A stretch of 64,000 nt of DNA, from positions 1 to 64,000 of IMG/VR virus record IMGVR_UViG_3300043449_001175; one strand, written 5' to 3'. Numbering within the stretch: the stretch's first letter is position 1; every line of letters begins with the position of its first letter. The position numbers were made by a program, and so were the translations under genes. The DNA is from a virus. A model generated the notes under the pieces. It made no database searches. It saw only the letters and a list, made by a program, of their open reading frames with translations, and was not told where the DNA came from. Positions 20,895-31,161 of the stretch are shown piece after piece.

Positions 20895-21542
20895 TTATTT
20901 TTTCTTTAATAGAAAAATACTATTGGAATCAAAATCAGTAAAGTCTTTTAATAAATCATATGTTAAAGTCCCAATAATATCGTATTCTTCCGTATTTAAT
21001 TTTGAGACAATTTCATTTACTGCACCATGTACTTCGGGGCTATATTGAAAATCTAAATAATCGTCAAATGCTATGTATCCACCACTTTTAACCAAACCAA
21101 TATAATTATAAAAATCGTTTAACACTCCATTTGTAGTGTGGTCTCCATCAATAAATAAAAAATCAACTTCATTAATTTCACTTTTAATTTGGTTAACTAT
21201 ATTAATATCTTGGGAATTACCTTGAAAATATTTAAAGGTACTTAATTCATTTTTAAAATTTGCAACATTTCTTTGTACCACTTCAGGATTAATGGGTTCT
21301 CCTAAATCCAAAGTAAAACAATTTGTTGGGTATATATGTGATGCAATTAATGAAATTGAGCCGCCAGCAAATGAACCAATTTCTAAATATGTTATTGGTT
21401 TATCACCAAATTCAGTTCTAATATCATATAAAATATGTGTGTGTTTATGGAATGTGGTGCCTTCCATGGTTTCAGAAATTTTATTAAGTTTTATTAATGA
21501 TTCTTCTGTTATTTTAAATGTATAATTGTTATTTTTGTTCAT
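20895..21542 (-). CDS. class I SAM-dependent methyltransferase (Methyltransf_24-like)
   Basis: LEIGSFAGGS, FIDGDH, GGYIAFDDY. Confidence 0.88.
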   Translation of the reverse strand: MNKNNNYTFKITEESLIKLNKISETMEGTTFHKHTHILYDIRTEFGDKPITYLEIGSFAGGSISLIASHIYPTNCFTLDLGEPINPEVVQRNVANFKNELSTFKYFQGNSQDINIVNQIKSEINEVDFLFIDGDHTTNGVLNDFYNYIGLVKSGGYIAFDDYLDFQYSPEVHGAVNEIVSKLNTEEYDIIGTLTYDLLKDFTDFDSNSIFLLKKK

Positions 21543-22233
21543 ATCCTTCTTCTAAATGTTTACATGTTATTTTATTAATTAAACAACCCGGTCTGTTGAT
21601 ACTTCTTAAATAATCAGACATTCTTTTCCATAAATCAGCATCACCCGGTAAACCAACGTTACCTTCTTCTTCATAAACATTTCTATGTCTTAAAGGAATC
21701 TCCTTAAAATTTATACATACCGATGAATGAATTAAACCTTCTGGTCTTGGGTAAAAGTCACAAATTTCATCAGTAGAATTTACCTCAGGTAAAACTCTAC
21801 CACCAACATAATGTGATTTTGTACATAACCATAGTGCTCCCGTTCTCTCAATTCCCATTTTAAGACTTGATAGATGATTTGGCTCCCATTCATCATCGTG
21901 GTCTAAATGACAAACATAATCATATCCCATCTCCACGGATTTATTTATTCCATAGTTATTTGCGGCGCAACCACCATATTTCCATACTAACCATTTATCC
22001 GTGTATTTGTCTCTTTCTGCAGCTACGGGTAAGTTTTCATAGTACATTCTTTCATTGTCATATGATGAACATATTTCCACAAATTCATCATTATTTTCAT
22101 ACCTGTCACCAATAACAAACACTTTAAAATTTTGATAATCTTGTGCAAAAATAGAATTTAATGCTTTTCTTAAATAAGATGGTGTTGAACCATCATTTCT
22201 TTGGTAGGTGGTAATTACTATACTAAAATTCAT
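21529..22233 (-). CDS. glycosyltransferase GT2
   Basis: SIVITTY, LDHDDEWEPNHL, HSSV, DADLW. Confidence 0.88.
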   Translation of the reverse strand: MNFSIVITTYQRNDGSTPSYLRKALNSIFAQDYQNFKVFVIGDRYENNDEFVEICSSYDNERMYYENLPVAAERDKYTDKWLVWKYGGCAANNYGINKSVEMGYDYVCHLDHDDEWEPNHLSSLKMGIERTGALWLCTKSHYVGGRVLPEVNSTDEICDFYPRPEGLIHSSVCINFKEIPLRHRNVYEEEGNVGLPGDADLWKRMSDYLRSINRPGCLINKITCKHLEEGYEQK

Positions 22234-22961
22234 GATTTAGTTAATGGTTTGTAAATGTATGGATTAGGAAACCCTCTTTCGATAAAATTAGTTTCTAACA
22301 TATTAGTGAATCGGTAATGACAAGACCATCTAATGGTGTCGTTTGTTATATCACCTGACGAGTGTATCAAGAGTGTTGAAAAAATAACAATATCACCCAC
22401 TTCCATTTCAAATTGTATTGGTTCTCCCTCTATTTTTACGGAGGCAAAACCACCAACCGTGTTATAGGGTTGTGGACCTAATTTGTGAGTCTCAGGCCAT
22501 ATTAAAATTGACCCATTTTCTTTATTTACATCAACTAAAGGAACCCACACAACTAATGAGTCCATACTTGATAACATAGATGACCAATCTTGATGTGGGG
22601 GTGTTTTATAATAAACTTCTTCTTTTGCCAATTTAGGGTGATTAAAAAACAATACAGGTCGAGTACAAAGATTTGGTAATTCAATACCCAAATTTTTTAT
22701 TGTATCAATTAATTTTTCTTCAACAGGAAGTTTGTAAAGTTCAATTAATCCTGTTTGAATTATTTTACCACAGTTAATAAAAATTGATTCGTGTTCATTG
22801 AATAATTTTATCATGTTGTCTTTAAATTCACCATCATAACCAAATCTATCAAATTGTATTTGAAAAATTCTTTCGGCCCCTTTTCTTAAATTATCAATAT
22901 AATCTTTTTCAAAGAAGTTTTTAAGAATTACGTATCCTTTTTCTTTAAGTTGTTGTTGCAT
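22230..22961 (-). CDS. phytanoyl-CoA dioxygenase family 2OG-Fe(II) oxygenase
   Basis: PHQD, WVPLVD...NG, GDIVIF...HSSG. Confidence 0.88.
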   Translation of the reverse strand: MQQQLKEKGYVILKNFFEKDYIDNLRKGAERIFQIQFDRFGYDGEFKDNMIKLFNEHESIFINCGKIIQTGLIELYKLPVEEKLIDTIKNLGIELPNLCTRPVLFFNHPKLAKEEVYYKTPPHQDWSSMLSSMDSLVVWVPLVDVNKENGSILIWPETHKLGPQPYNTVGGFASVKIEGEPIQFEMEVGDIVIFSTLLIHSSGDITNDTIRWSCHYRFTNMLETNFIERGFPNPYIYKPLTKS

Positions 22962-23841
22962 AACCTATCCCCGTTTTACCAAAATTATTTCCATTATAAA
23001 ACATAATCATTTCATCTTTTTTATTAATAATAAATGGATAACATGTCATAATGTTATCCCATTCAGATTCTGTTGTAATATCTAAATCAATCTCATTGTT
23101 TTTAACCCAATCAACACCGTTTAACGATGTTGCGGTTTTAATTCGATATGAATGGTCAATGTTGTCTCTATAATTGATTTTGTCTCTAATAGAGTACCAC
23201 ATTTTATATTTACTTTCATTTACAATAACTCTACATGCAGATATACCACCTTCGTTATTTTCTAAAGGAATTGAGACAATTCCTGTCGGAATCCAATCAA
23301 TACCATTTAACGATGTTGCGTATTTTATATCGTAAGTTGGTTCCATCTTACCATCATGTTCAATCCAGTCCAAACAAGATAGATACCACATTTTCCACAC
23401 ACCATTTTCAATTAATATATTGACAGTGCCAATATAACCAGGTTCATCATGTGAAGTGTGAAAAATAGGTCCTTTAGAATATTTTTTCCATGTTTCTCCA
23501 TTATCTTCACTAATGGCTAAACCTAAGTTGTTGTGGTACGGCACATCTATTCTCAAAGACCAACCTATATAGTACATGTACTTTTTATTTTTGTGTGTTA
23601 CAATGTCCGTTGGCATAACTCCTGCCCAATCAAAAGAACCTTTATTACCTAAATTTAAAATAGGGTTAACCGACTCTTTTATTATTTTAGATGGGTTGGA
23701 TTTATCAACGTCAATATACATTGGGTTACTTTTACCATCAATTCTGGTTGAATAGTAGATTCTATAAAAATCATCATATTCATCAACTACAGGTAATTGA
23801 GCGTAATGTTTGTTAAAGATGTTACCTTTCTTTATCCACAT
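22945..23841 (-). CDS. five-bladed beta-propeller glycosidase-like protein (GH32/GH130-like)
   Basis: Repeated YMYY/KMWY..S.DG.(T/D)W blades, FYNGNNFGKTGIG end; likely start MWIKKG at 23841. Confidence 0.75.
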   Translation of the reverse strand: MWIKKGNIFNKHYAQLPVVDEYDDFYRIYYSTRIDGKSNPMYIDVDKSNPSKIIKESVNPILNLGNKGSFDWAGVMPTDIVTHKNKKYMYYIGWSLRIDVPYHNNLGLAISEDNGETWKKYSKGPIFHTSHDEPGYIGTVNILIENGVWKMWYLSCLDWIEHDGKMEPTYDIKYATSLNGIDWIPTGIVSIPLENNEGGISACRVIVNESKYKMWYSIRDKINYRDNIDHSYRIKTATSLNGVDWVKNNEIDLDITTESEWDNIMTCYPFIINKKDEMIMFYNGNNFGKTGIGYATTT

Positions 23842-23842
23842 A

Positions 23843-24502
23843 TTAGTAAACTTCAATTGATTGTTTATCTTGTTTCTTTGCGGGTGAACCCATATATAAT
23901 CCATCTGCTTCGGTAGATTTTGTTATAACTGCACCCATTGCTATTAATGAACCCTCCCCAATAGTTAACCCATCTCTAATTGTTGAATTTACACCGAACC
24001 AAGCTCTTTCTTTAACATGACAATGACCTGATAACACGACATGTGACGTAAAAAACACGTGGTCTTCAATTTTACTATGATGACCAATATGGTTACCACT
24101 CCACATAACAACATTATCGCCAATTTCGGTAAACGGTTGTAATGTATTATCTTCTAAAATAAAACAATTTTCACCTATTTTGTTTCCACATATTGTTGCC
24201 TTTGAAGAAATATAAGAAATATAGGTATATCCTTTTTTCTTACCTTCTTCGTAAATTCTTTTTCTGTTGTTATTCATTTTGGTGCCAGTTATTGGTGCAA
24301 AAAACAAATATTCACTTGGTGAATATATTTTTTCTAATTTTTCAAAAGGTACTACTGGTAATCCTTTGAATTCCGTAACTGACATATAATCTTCATTTAC
24401 CGTGAATGCAACTATTTCATAGTTACTATCGTTAGTTAAATACCAATGTGTTAATTCTGCCAAATCATTTATACCAAAAACCACTACTTTATTTGTAAAC
24501 AT
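23843..24502 (-). CDS. hexapeptide-repeat sugar acetyltransferase (NeuD/PglD-like)
   Basis: IGENCFI, IGDNV, NHIGHH, G.PAK; likely start MFTNK at 24502. Confidence 0.9.
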   Translation of the reverse strand: MFTNKVVVFGINDLAELTHWYLTNDSNYEIVAFTVNEDYMSVTEFKGLPVVPFEKLEKIYSPSEYLFFAPITGTKMNNNRKRIYEEGKKKGYTYISYISSKATICGNKIGENCFILEDNTLQPFTEIGDNVVMWSGNHIGHHSKIEDHVFFTSHVVLSGHCHVKERAWFGVNSTIRDGLTIGEGSLIAMGAVITKSTEADGLYMGSPAKKQDKQSIEVY

Positions 24503-25100
24503 ATGTTGTGTATTCATATAATCCATACTCATTTCTTATTATAAAATTTCTACTTAAATTATTTTTTAAAAACCAACCCAATTCATCTAATGAAACATGA
24601 AATAAATCTTTACGTTCCCAATCAACATGTTTTGACATTAAATTAAAAGCAATTCCTTTATTACATTTATTCCATAATTTTTTAATGACACTTGTAAAAA
24701 AATCCATCATTTCTTCTTGTGATAAATCTCTTTTTTCTGTAAATGTCCCATTACACACTATATAGTCAAAATTTGGTATATTTTCATTTTTTAAAATATC
24801 TAAACGATAAAAATCATTATTTGGAAATTTTAATTTACAAGTATTATAGAACCCATCATTTATATCTAATCCCGAATATTTTATGTTTTTTATTTTTAAA
24901 AATTCAATACGTTGATTTAACGATGCTGTCCCACATCCAAAATCTAATAATGTAATTGGTGTTTTTTCTTTTATCGATTGAATCATAACATCATATCTTT
25001 TATATGTGTCTTCCAATTTTGGCCAATCAACACCTAAATGGGTGTCACCGTGTTCTTTAAAACATTTATCATAATGTTCCGCTAATTTTAAATAACTCAT
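24489..25100 (-). CDS. class I SAM-dependent methyltransferase
   Basis: LLDFGCG, YSGLDI, FDYIVCNG, GIAFN. Confidence 0.88.
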   Translation of the reverse strand: MSYLKLAEHYDKCFKEHGDTHLGVDWPKLEDTYKRYDVMIQSIKEKTPITLLDFGCGTASLNQRIEFLKIKNIKYSGLDINDGFYNTCKLKFPNNDFYRLDILKNENIPNFDYIVCNGTFTEKRDLSQEEMMDFFTSVIKKLWNKCNKGIAFNLMSKHVDWERKDLFHVSLDELGWFLKNNLSRNFIIRNEYGLYEYTTYVYK

Positions 25101-25765
25101 ATTAATTTATAATTTACAATTTGTTTTTGAATGTGTGATTTGTCATACCTAAATAACAAATCCAATATTGATGAATTTTTGTTATCAAAATCAACATTAC
25201 CCATTTTTATAAAATTTAACTCAATGTTATCATTTTTAAAATCTTCTTTATTATACAAAGATTGACCACCTATTGCATTTATATATACATTTGAACCAAA
25301 TTGTTTTGTTATTGATTTTAATCCTTCTTCTTTTTTTAAAGTTGTTAATCCATTTGAAGTGTTTATTATTTTGGTTTGTATATCTAAATAATTACATATT
25401 CTTTTTATTAAATTTAAATTAAATTCAGATATTGTTACTTCTCTATTAATGAATTCTGGTAATATTATATCATTCAAAATAATATTATAATTTGATTCTT
25501 TTGAATATAAATTTTTTAATGTTTTTAAAAAATTAAAAATGTAATTATTTTCAAAATTTACATATATTTCATTACATTTTTTATTTTGACTAGCTCCCCA
25601 AACATTTACATTTATTGGTGTATTATTTTTCAATATATTTCTCGTCATATAACTTCTTTTCATAAATGATACATGGTCTAAATTTACATACGTATTGACA
25701 CAATGTATAAGTTGAAAATACCCAATATATGGAAAAAAATATGGTTGCATTATCCCAATTTTCAT
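25097..25765 (-). CDS. wbqC: WbqC-family protein
   Basis: IMQPYFFPYIGYFQLI, YINAIGG..LY, SILDLLF. Confidence 0.9.
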   Translation of the reverse strand: MKIGIMQPYFFPYIGYFQLIHCVNTYVNLDHVSFMKRSYMTRNILKNNTPINVNVWGASQNKKCNEIYVNFENNYIFNFLKTLKNLYSKESNYNIILNDIILPEFINREVTISEFNLNLIKRICNYLDIQTKIINTSNGLTTLKKEEGLKSITKQFGSNVYINAIGGQSLYNKEDFKNDNIELNFIKMGNVDFDNKNSSILDLLFRYDKSHIQKQIVNYKLI

Positions 25766-25794
25766 ATAAAATTAGTTTCTGTTTTTGAATTTAA

Positions 25795-26436
25795 TTATTG
25801 TTGGTAGACTTTAAATTTTGATAAATCCGGATAACGTAATTCTAAATCTTCATTATGTTTTGGTGTGTTGGTTGCGGTATCGTAAAATTGTGAAATTAAC
25901 AACAAACCTCTCGACGCTAATTCTGGCATCATATAAAAATTCCAACCAATAACCGGATTAATGTCAAAATCATCATTGTGATAACTACATTCATCCCTAC
26001 CACTAAATCTTGCTTTTTTAAACCATTTATATGCATCTTCATTGTCGGTCAATATTGCACCACCTTTACTTAATTTTAAATGTTTGTATGGTCCTGTGAA
26101 TGAAACACACATGTGAGTACCAGGAATATACATATTTGAGGTAAACCTAAGTGCACTATCCCAAACATTAGTTGGGTATAATTGGTATGCGCCTTTAATT
26201 GTGTCACCATCAACGGGTTTAAATTTAACTTTAGCACCTGCGTGAATTATTTCACACGGAACCGATGGATATGTTCTTGAAGGAATTTCAATTTCCATAC
26301 CAGAAACTTTTTCATATGTTAATGCTAAAAATAAAGCATTACTTTGATTATCAACGGTAACAACATATTTTGCTCCCGTATACTCAGACAATTTTTTTTC
26401 AAAATCTTCAGTTATTTTATGTACTCCTTGTGCCAT
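25795..26436 (-). CDS. DegT/DnrJ/EryC1/StrS PLP aminotransferase, short form
   Basis: FEKKLSEYTG, ALFLAL, PSRTY, WDSA, SFTGPYK...GGAILTD, GWNFYM. Confidence 0.85.
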   Translation of the reverse strand: MAQGVHKITEDFEKKLSEYTGAKYVVTVDNQSNALFLALTYEKVSGMEIEIPSRTYPSVPCEIIHAGAKVKFKPVDGDTIKGAYQLYPTNVWDSALRFTSNMYIPGTHMCVSFTGPYKHLKLSKGGAILTDNEDAYKWFKKARFSGRDECSYHNDDFDINPVIGWNFYMMPELASRGLLLISQFYDTATNTPKHNEDLELRYPDLSKFKVYQQ

Positions 26437-26459
26437 TATTTGTAATATATATTTTTTTT

Positions 26460-27986
26460 TTAAAAATCATCTGTATTAAAAAATAAATGTTTTAATTTAT
26501 TAAAATTATTCATAACAAAAGGACCTAAAAAATTTTGATAGTCAAAAATTGTTTTTTTATTTTTTTCTTCAGAGTCATTTCTGGTTTGTGATTCATAATG
26601 GTAGGCCACAGATTTACCGGATAAAAAGTTTTCGTATCCCAACAATATACACCTTAAATTAAGCTCAACATCCTCAAAACACTCTGTATAGTTTTCATTA
26701 TAACCATTTTGTTTTTCAAATAAACCCTTTTTAATCATTAATAACGCTGCCGTGCTACCAATTACATTTTTTGTGTAAGGAGTGTATGAATAATACGAAT
26801 GAAGTGCCGCATGAGTAACACCAAATTGTTTATCTTTGTTTAGGTAACACAAAATACCATTATGTTGAATAGTATTATTTTCATAATGCAGTCTAGCTCC
26901 TACAGTACCAACTTTATTTTTACTCTTATAAATTGATAACATTTCAAAAACAACATTATTTAAAACTTTAATATCGTTATTAGAAAATAATAAAAATTCA
27001 AAGTCCTCAGTAACATAATTTTTTACAACATCATTATTAATTTTTGCAAAATTATAGTAGTCATACTCAATTAAATGAATTTTACATGTAGTTTCATGAT
27101 TTTTAATAAACTCAAGTGTTAATTGTTTTTCTTCGTCAGTTGACCCAGTATCGGCAATAAACACTTCAAATAAATCAGTGTTGCAATGTTCAATATATGA
27201 GTTAATACAATTAAACAATAAATCTAATTTACCTTTTGTTGGTATAATAATGGCGACTTTGCCAGTATTTTTAAGAGGCTTTTCAATTATCTTTTCAAAA
27301 TAAACACTCTCAGGTTTTAAATCTAATGGTAAGTGTTCACCATATTTTTGTAAAAAAACTTCTTTAGATAAATAAAATTCATCATTTGGTTTACCAATTG
27401 ATTTATGAGTTATTTCAAATGAAAAAGTAACACCAAGTTTAACACCATCTAAATAATTTGCTAAACAAAATGGGTGGTCGTAAAAATGGTATTTACCAAT
27501 AGTTTCATCAAACGTATGTTTTATTTTTGTTTTATTAAACGCCATTATCAAACCATCTATAGTTACCACAGGTATTAAAAATGGTACTTTAGCTGAGTAT
27601 TTATTAATCCACTTATTTTGACCATCAGGGTGATGATAAACGTGACCAACCATTGTAAGAGGAGCTCTCTCCCAATAAACACCTGATTCAGGAAAATAAC
27701 AAGAACCGGCTTTACCAATAATTCCATAATCAGGATTATTTTCAAAGTCTTTTATTAATTTTTTACCCCAACCTTGTTCTAATTTTACATCATTATGTAC
27801 ACATACCACAATATCATATATTGATTCACCAATACCTCGGTTATAGATTTGTGCCAATGAAAACTCATTATTATTTTGGTATTCTAAAATTTGTGTATTT
27901 TTTAAACCAACAGTTGTTTCTAAATGTTTTTTAAATACAGAGTTGTATTTGGCATCTTTGTGTGTGGAATATATAATGGTAATCAT
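26460..27986 (-). CDS. two-domain glycosyltransferase (GT-A + GT2)
   Basis: VHNDV and IDG..FYD in N-half; IIIPTK, ADTGS, NNDI, EDVELNLR, HYESQTR in C-half. Confidence 0.88.
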   Translation of the reverse strand: MITIIYSTHKDAKYNSVFKKHLETTVGLKNTQILEYQNNNEFSLAQIYNRGIGESIYDIVVCVHNDVKLEQGWGKKLIKDFENNPDYGIIGKAGSCYFPESGVYWERAPLTMVGHVYHHPDGQNKWINKYSAKVPFLIPVVTIDGLIMAFNKTKIKHTFDETIGKYHFYDHPFCLANYLDGVKLGVTFSFEITHKSIGKPNDEFYLSKEVFLQKYGEHLPLDLKPESVYFEKIIEKPLKNTGKVAIIIPTKGKLDLLFNCINSYIEHCNTDLFEVFIADTGSTDEEKQLTLEFIKNHETTCKIHLIEYDYYNFAKINNDVVKNYVTEDFEFLLFSNNDIKVLNNVVFEMLSIYKSKNKVGTVGARLHYENNTIQHNGILCYLNKDKQFGVTHAALHSYYSYTPYTKNVIGSTAALLMIKKGLFEKQNGYNENYTECFEDVELNLRCILLGYENFLSGKSVAYHYESQTRNDSEEKNKKTIFDYQNFLGPFVMNNFNKLKHLFFNTDDF

Positions 27987-27992
27987 TCTATT

Positions 27993-28592
27993 TTACTTTA
28001 TTCCAGTACTACCGAATCCATTATCCCCCCTATCTTTACCTAAAATTTCAGAAACTTCAATAGGGTTTATCCATCTACCATTTGCTACAGGACAAACACA
28101 AGCTTGAGCAATTTTTTGTCCCTTTTCTACGTAAACGGTATCATGAGTTGAATTATATAGAATAACTTTAACTTCACCATCATATCCTGAGTCAACGGTT
28201 CCAGGTGTGTTTAAAACGGTTAATCCTTGTTTTAATGCTAAACCACTTTTTGGTCTAACTTGAATTTCATAACCGTCTTTAATATTAAACTTTAACCCTG
28301 TTCCAACCAACATTCTTGACAGTGGTGGAATACCAATACTTTCTGTTGAGTGTAAATCGAACCCTGAGTCTGTGGGGTAATTATATTTTGGTGATACTGC
28401 ATCGGGATGACATTTTACAAATTTTAAATCCATCTTTGGGTTTTTTTCAGAAAATGTTTTTTCTAATTCTTTAAGATTAACACCACTAATTTCTTCAACA
28501 CCAATTTCATTGTTCATTTCACCTTGTAGTTGTTTTAATATGTTACTTAGCTCTTCTTGTAACAAGTCCATTTCATCGTTTTCGTTATTCAT
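27993..28592 (-). CDS. dut: dUTPase (trimeric)
   Basis: SGFDL, RPKSGLA, NTPGTVDSGYDGE, KIAQ, RGDNGFGSTG. Confidence 0.96.
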   Translation of the reverse strand: MNNENDEMDLLQEELSNILKQLQGEMNNEIGVEEISGVNLKELEKTFSEKNPKMDLKFVKCHPDAVSPKYNYPTDSGFDLHSTESIGIPPLSRMLVGTGLKFNIKDGYEIQVRPKSGLALKQGLTVLNTPGTVDSGYDGEVKVILYNSTHDTVYVEKGQKIAQACVCPVANGRWINPIEVSEILGKDRGDNGFGSTGIK

Positions 28593-28593
28593 A

Positions 28594-29295
28594 TTATTGT
28601 AATTCTTTTAATTTTTTAATTATGTCAATTAATACCATCACATCTCTTTCACAATATTCTACAATTAAATCAAGTTGATTAAAATCATAATAAGCCTCAT
28701 GTACTCGGTTACCAGTAACCTCACCTTCTTTTGGTGATTTAACACCCATTGCGGCACACATAAGTTCCAATGATGATAATGCAAAGTTGTTTCCCATTTT
28801 CCAAACATCCATGGTATCAATTGCCTTTATTTCCCAAGGCTTGGTATCATAAGATGGGAGTAATGGTGATGGTTTAATACCATTGATAACCATACGTTTA
28901 TTTAATACAGGAATATCAAAGTTTTTAATGTTATGTCCACACAACCAAAAATCTAATTTAAAAACTTTATTAAGAAGTGCGTTAATACCCAATAAGATTT
29001 CTTTCTCATCATCACCTGAAAAAGTTTGTGCGTGTGTTTTTCCATCAGGGCCAACAAAAGCAAAACTTGCACATACTATTTTTGAAAACTCAGGAACAAG
29101 TGCCGCTCGGTTTACAAACACTTGTTGTGGGTCCAATCCTTGGTCTTCAGGAAATCTTTTCTGAAACCAATCAAAATAGTTGTGAAATTGTTTTGTAAGT
29201 GCTGGATGGTTTTGTTCAAGACCATCATAGTCTTTATACAAACCAACAGTTTCAATGTCAAAAAATAATAATTTAGTTAATGGTACCTGTATCAT
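28594..29295 (-). CDS. PolB-related 3'-5' exonuclease (DEDDy)
   Basis: FDIETV, GHNIKNFDIP, KPWE, YCERDV. Confidence 0.88.
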   Translation of the reverse strand: MIQVPLTKLLFFDIETVGLYKDYDGLEQNHPALTKQFHNYFDWFQKRFPEDQGLDPQQVFVNRAALVPEFSKIVCASFAFVGPDGKTHAQTFSGDDEKEILLGINALLNKVFKLDFWLCGHNIKNFDIPVLNKRMVINGIKPSPLLPSYDTKPWEIKAIDTMDVWKMGNNFALSSLELMCAAMGVKSPKEGEVTGNRVHEAYYDFNQLDLIVEYCERDVMVLIDIIKKLKELQ

Positions 29296-30503
29296 ACAAT
29301 AGATTTATAAAATTCTGCTCTTGTTTTAGTAACAACATTTAGGTCGTAAGTATCTTTAACGGTTTCATACAACCTTTCACCCAAGTCATAAGCCCAATTT
29401 GGGTTATCAATGAGTTTCTTTGCGTATTTAAACCAATCACTATGATTTCTACTTTCATCAACCAACAATGCGTTTCCATCAACAAAGTTACCATTTTGTA
29501 ATGAATGTTTCAAGTCAATCGTATATGGACCCACGTTGGAAGCAATCAATGCTTTCTTGTAAAAACCAGCTTCAATAACTTTTAATTGTGATTTAACTCG
29601 GTTAAAGATGTGGTTTTTAATTGGTGCCAAAGATACATCAAATTTTGCGTAGTTTTTAGCGTAGTTTTGAACGGGTCTTGTCCACACACGGTGATAATAT
29701 TCATCAGAAAATTTAGAATAATCTTCTTCTTTAAATTTTAATAAGAAATCTTTATAATCAGGACTTATTAATTTTGCGTTATCCGTAAAAATATTTTCGT
29801 ATTTATACCAAACAGTTTCTTCAGGTTTAATATCTCTTTTAGTTTGTTCTTTTGTTTCAGCATTAATTTCTGTAACAGTTCCTCTAATATCAAAACCACA
29901 TAAATAAACTTGTACTTTTTCTTTGTATGGTTCCATTCTTTGGAATAATCCATCTAACAACATTAAATCATGTAAGTGTGATGAACCACCTAACCAACCA
30001 AATCTTAATTTATCAGATTTAATTGTTGGTTCACAAAACTGAGCTTCTTTTGGATTAATTGCGTTTGGAAATACAAAAACGTTTTTATTGTATTTTCTAA
30101 TTTCATCGGCAAATAATGTTGTAGTTGTTAACACATAGTCAGCAACTTTAATATTATCAACAATTTTTTCGTGAATTTTGTTAACACGAATTAAATCGTG
30201 AATTGGGTGTTCTTTAGTTGGTAGCCAATAATCATCCAAATCCATTACGGTTTTAATACCTTTTGATTTTAAATAATTAACTATGTTTGCGGTGTTTTCG
30301 TAATTACCCGCAATTACTCTATGAAAATGTACAATTTGATAATCATCCCATACCGATGGGTCATTGATATTTAAATCAAAAACAATATCAACGTGAAAAT
30401 CATCAGGATATAAATTTTGTAAAAAAATGTGAGGGTCTACTGAACGGAACTTACCAACACCTGTTCTGTCGGATGGTAATACTAATACTTTTATCTTTGA
30501 CAT
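29292..30503 (-). CDS. glycosyltransferase, GT-B fold
   Basis: DLDDYW, PNAI, GWLGGSSH..DL, DVSLAP...FN..KS.LK.IEAG. Confidence 0.85.
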   Translation of the reverse strand: MSKIKVLVLPSDRTGVGKFRSVDPHIFLQNLYPDDFHVDIVFDLNINDPSVWDDYQIVHFHRVIAGNYENTANIVNYLKSKGIKTVMDLDDYWLPTKEHPIHDLIRVNKIHEKIVDNIKVADYVLTTTTLFADEIRKYNKNVFVFPNAINPKEAQFCEPTIKSDKLRFGWLGGSSHLHDLMLLDGLFQRMEPYKEKVQVYLCGFDIRGTVTEINAETKEQTKRDIKPEETVWYKYENIFTDNAKLISPDYKDFLLKFKEEDYSKFSDEYYHRVWTRPVQNYAKNYAKFDVSLAPIKNHIFNRVKSQLKVIEAGFYKKALIASNVGPYTIDLKHSLQNGNFVDGNALLVDESRNHSDWFKYAKKLIDNPNWAYDLGERLYETVKDTYDLNVVTKTRAEFYKSIV

Positions 30504-30518
30504 ATATAAACTTTTTCA

Positions 30519-30549
30519 TAAAAATAGAAAGTTTATATGAAAAATCAAA
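30519..30549 (-). promoter_or_regulatory. Bacteroidota-type promoter (TTTG-N19-TATTTTTA) overlapped by 11-bp inverted repeat
   Basis: Heads the long minus-strand glycan operon; atataaacttt/aaagtttatat at 30504-30514 and 30528-30538. Confidence 0.5.
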
Positions 30550-30552
30550 GTA

Positions 30553-31158
30553 TTATTTCATCTTTTTAATTTTTGTTACAACACCTTCAAATACATGTTG
30601 ACCAACTCTAAAAGATATTTGTTCTTTAGCTTTTGATGTACTTTCAGCAACCAAACCTTTTTCAGTTAAAACTTCTGTAATAGTGTCTTTAATAATTGAT
30701 TTTAATACACCATAATCAATCCCTGAGTTATTATACATTTGAGGTTGTGATTGAGATTGTTGTGTATGTTGTTGTGGTTGCGGTATTGTTCCATTAGCAT
30801 CAGATTTCATTAATCTTGAAGCGGCTTCAATTAAGTCATTTGATAATGTTGGCCCAGCCATTGTATTTGGTTGGTCAATTGGGTGTTCAATCATTAATTT
30901 TTTTATTTCGTCAGGTAATTTTGAATTTAAAATTCTATCTTTGACTGGCAATTGAGATTGTGGTTGTGATTGAACTTGTTTTTGTTCTCCCATATATTCT
31001 TGTGGAATATTATACATTGCTGGAGGTGCGTTAAATTGTTCTAACATTGGTGTTGATGGAATTCCACCATTATTTCCAGCTCTTGGTGTTTTATTATGAG
31101 CATCCATAATTTTTTTAGCCACCACTAATTTTTTCATTAAATCGTTTTCTGAGTTCAT
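30553..31158 (-). CDS. hypothetical protein (Q/P-rich)
   Basis: 201-aa ORF in putative late operon. Confidence 0.7.
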   Translation of the reverse strand: MNSENDLMKKLVVAKKIMDAHNKTPRAGNNGGIPSTPMLEQFNAPPAMYNIPQEYMGEQKQVQSQPQSQLPVKDRILNSKLPDEIKKLMIEHPIDQPNTMAGPTLSNDLIEAASRLMKSDANGTIPQPQQHTQQSQSQPQMYNNSGIDYGVLKSIIKDTITEVLTEKGLVAESTSKAKEQISFRVGQHVFEGVVTKIKKMK

Positions 31159-31161
31159 ATA

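Noticed and set aside
14827-30503. Bacterial O-antigen/capsule locus (host contamination or prophage flank)
   Set aside because: No flippase, polymerase, exporter or initiating transferase; interleaved with phage-type PhoH, dUTPase and sigma and flanked by virion genes
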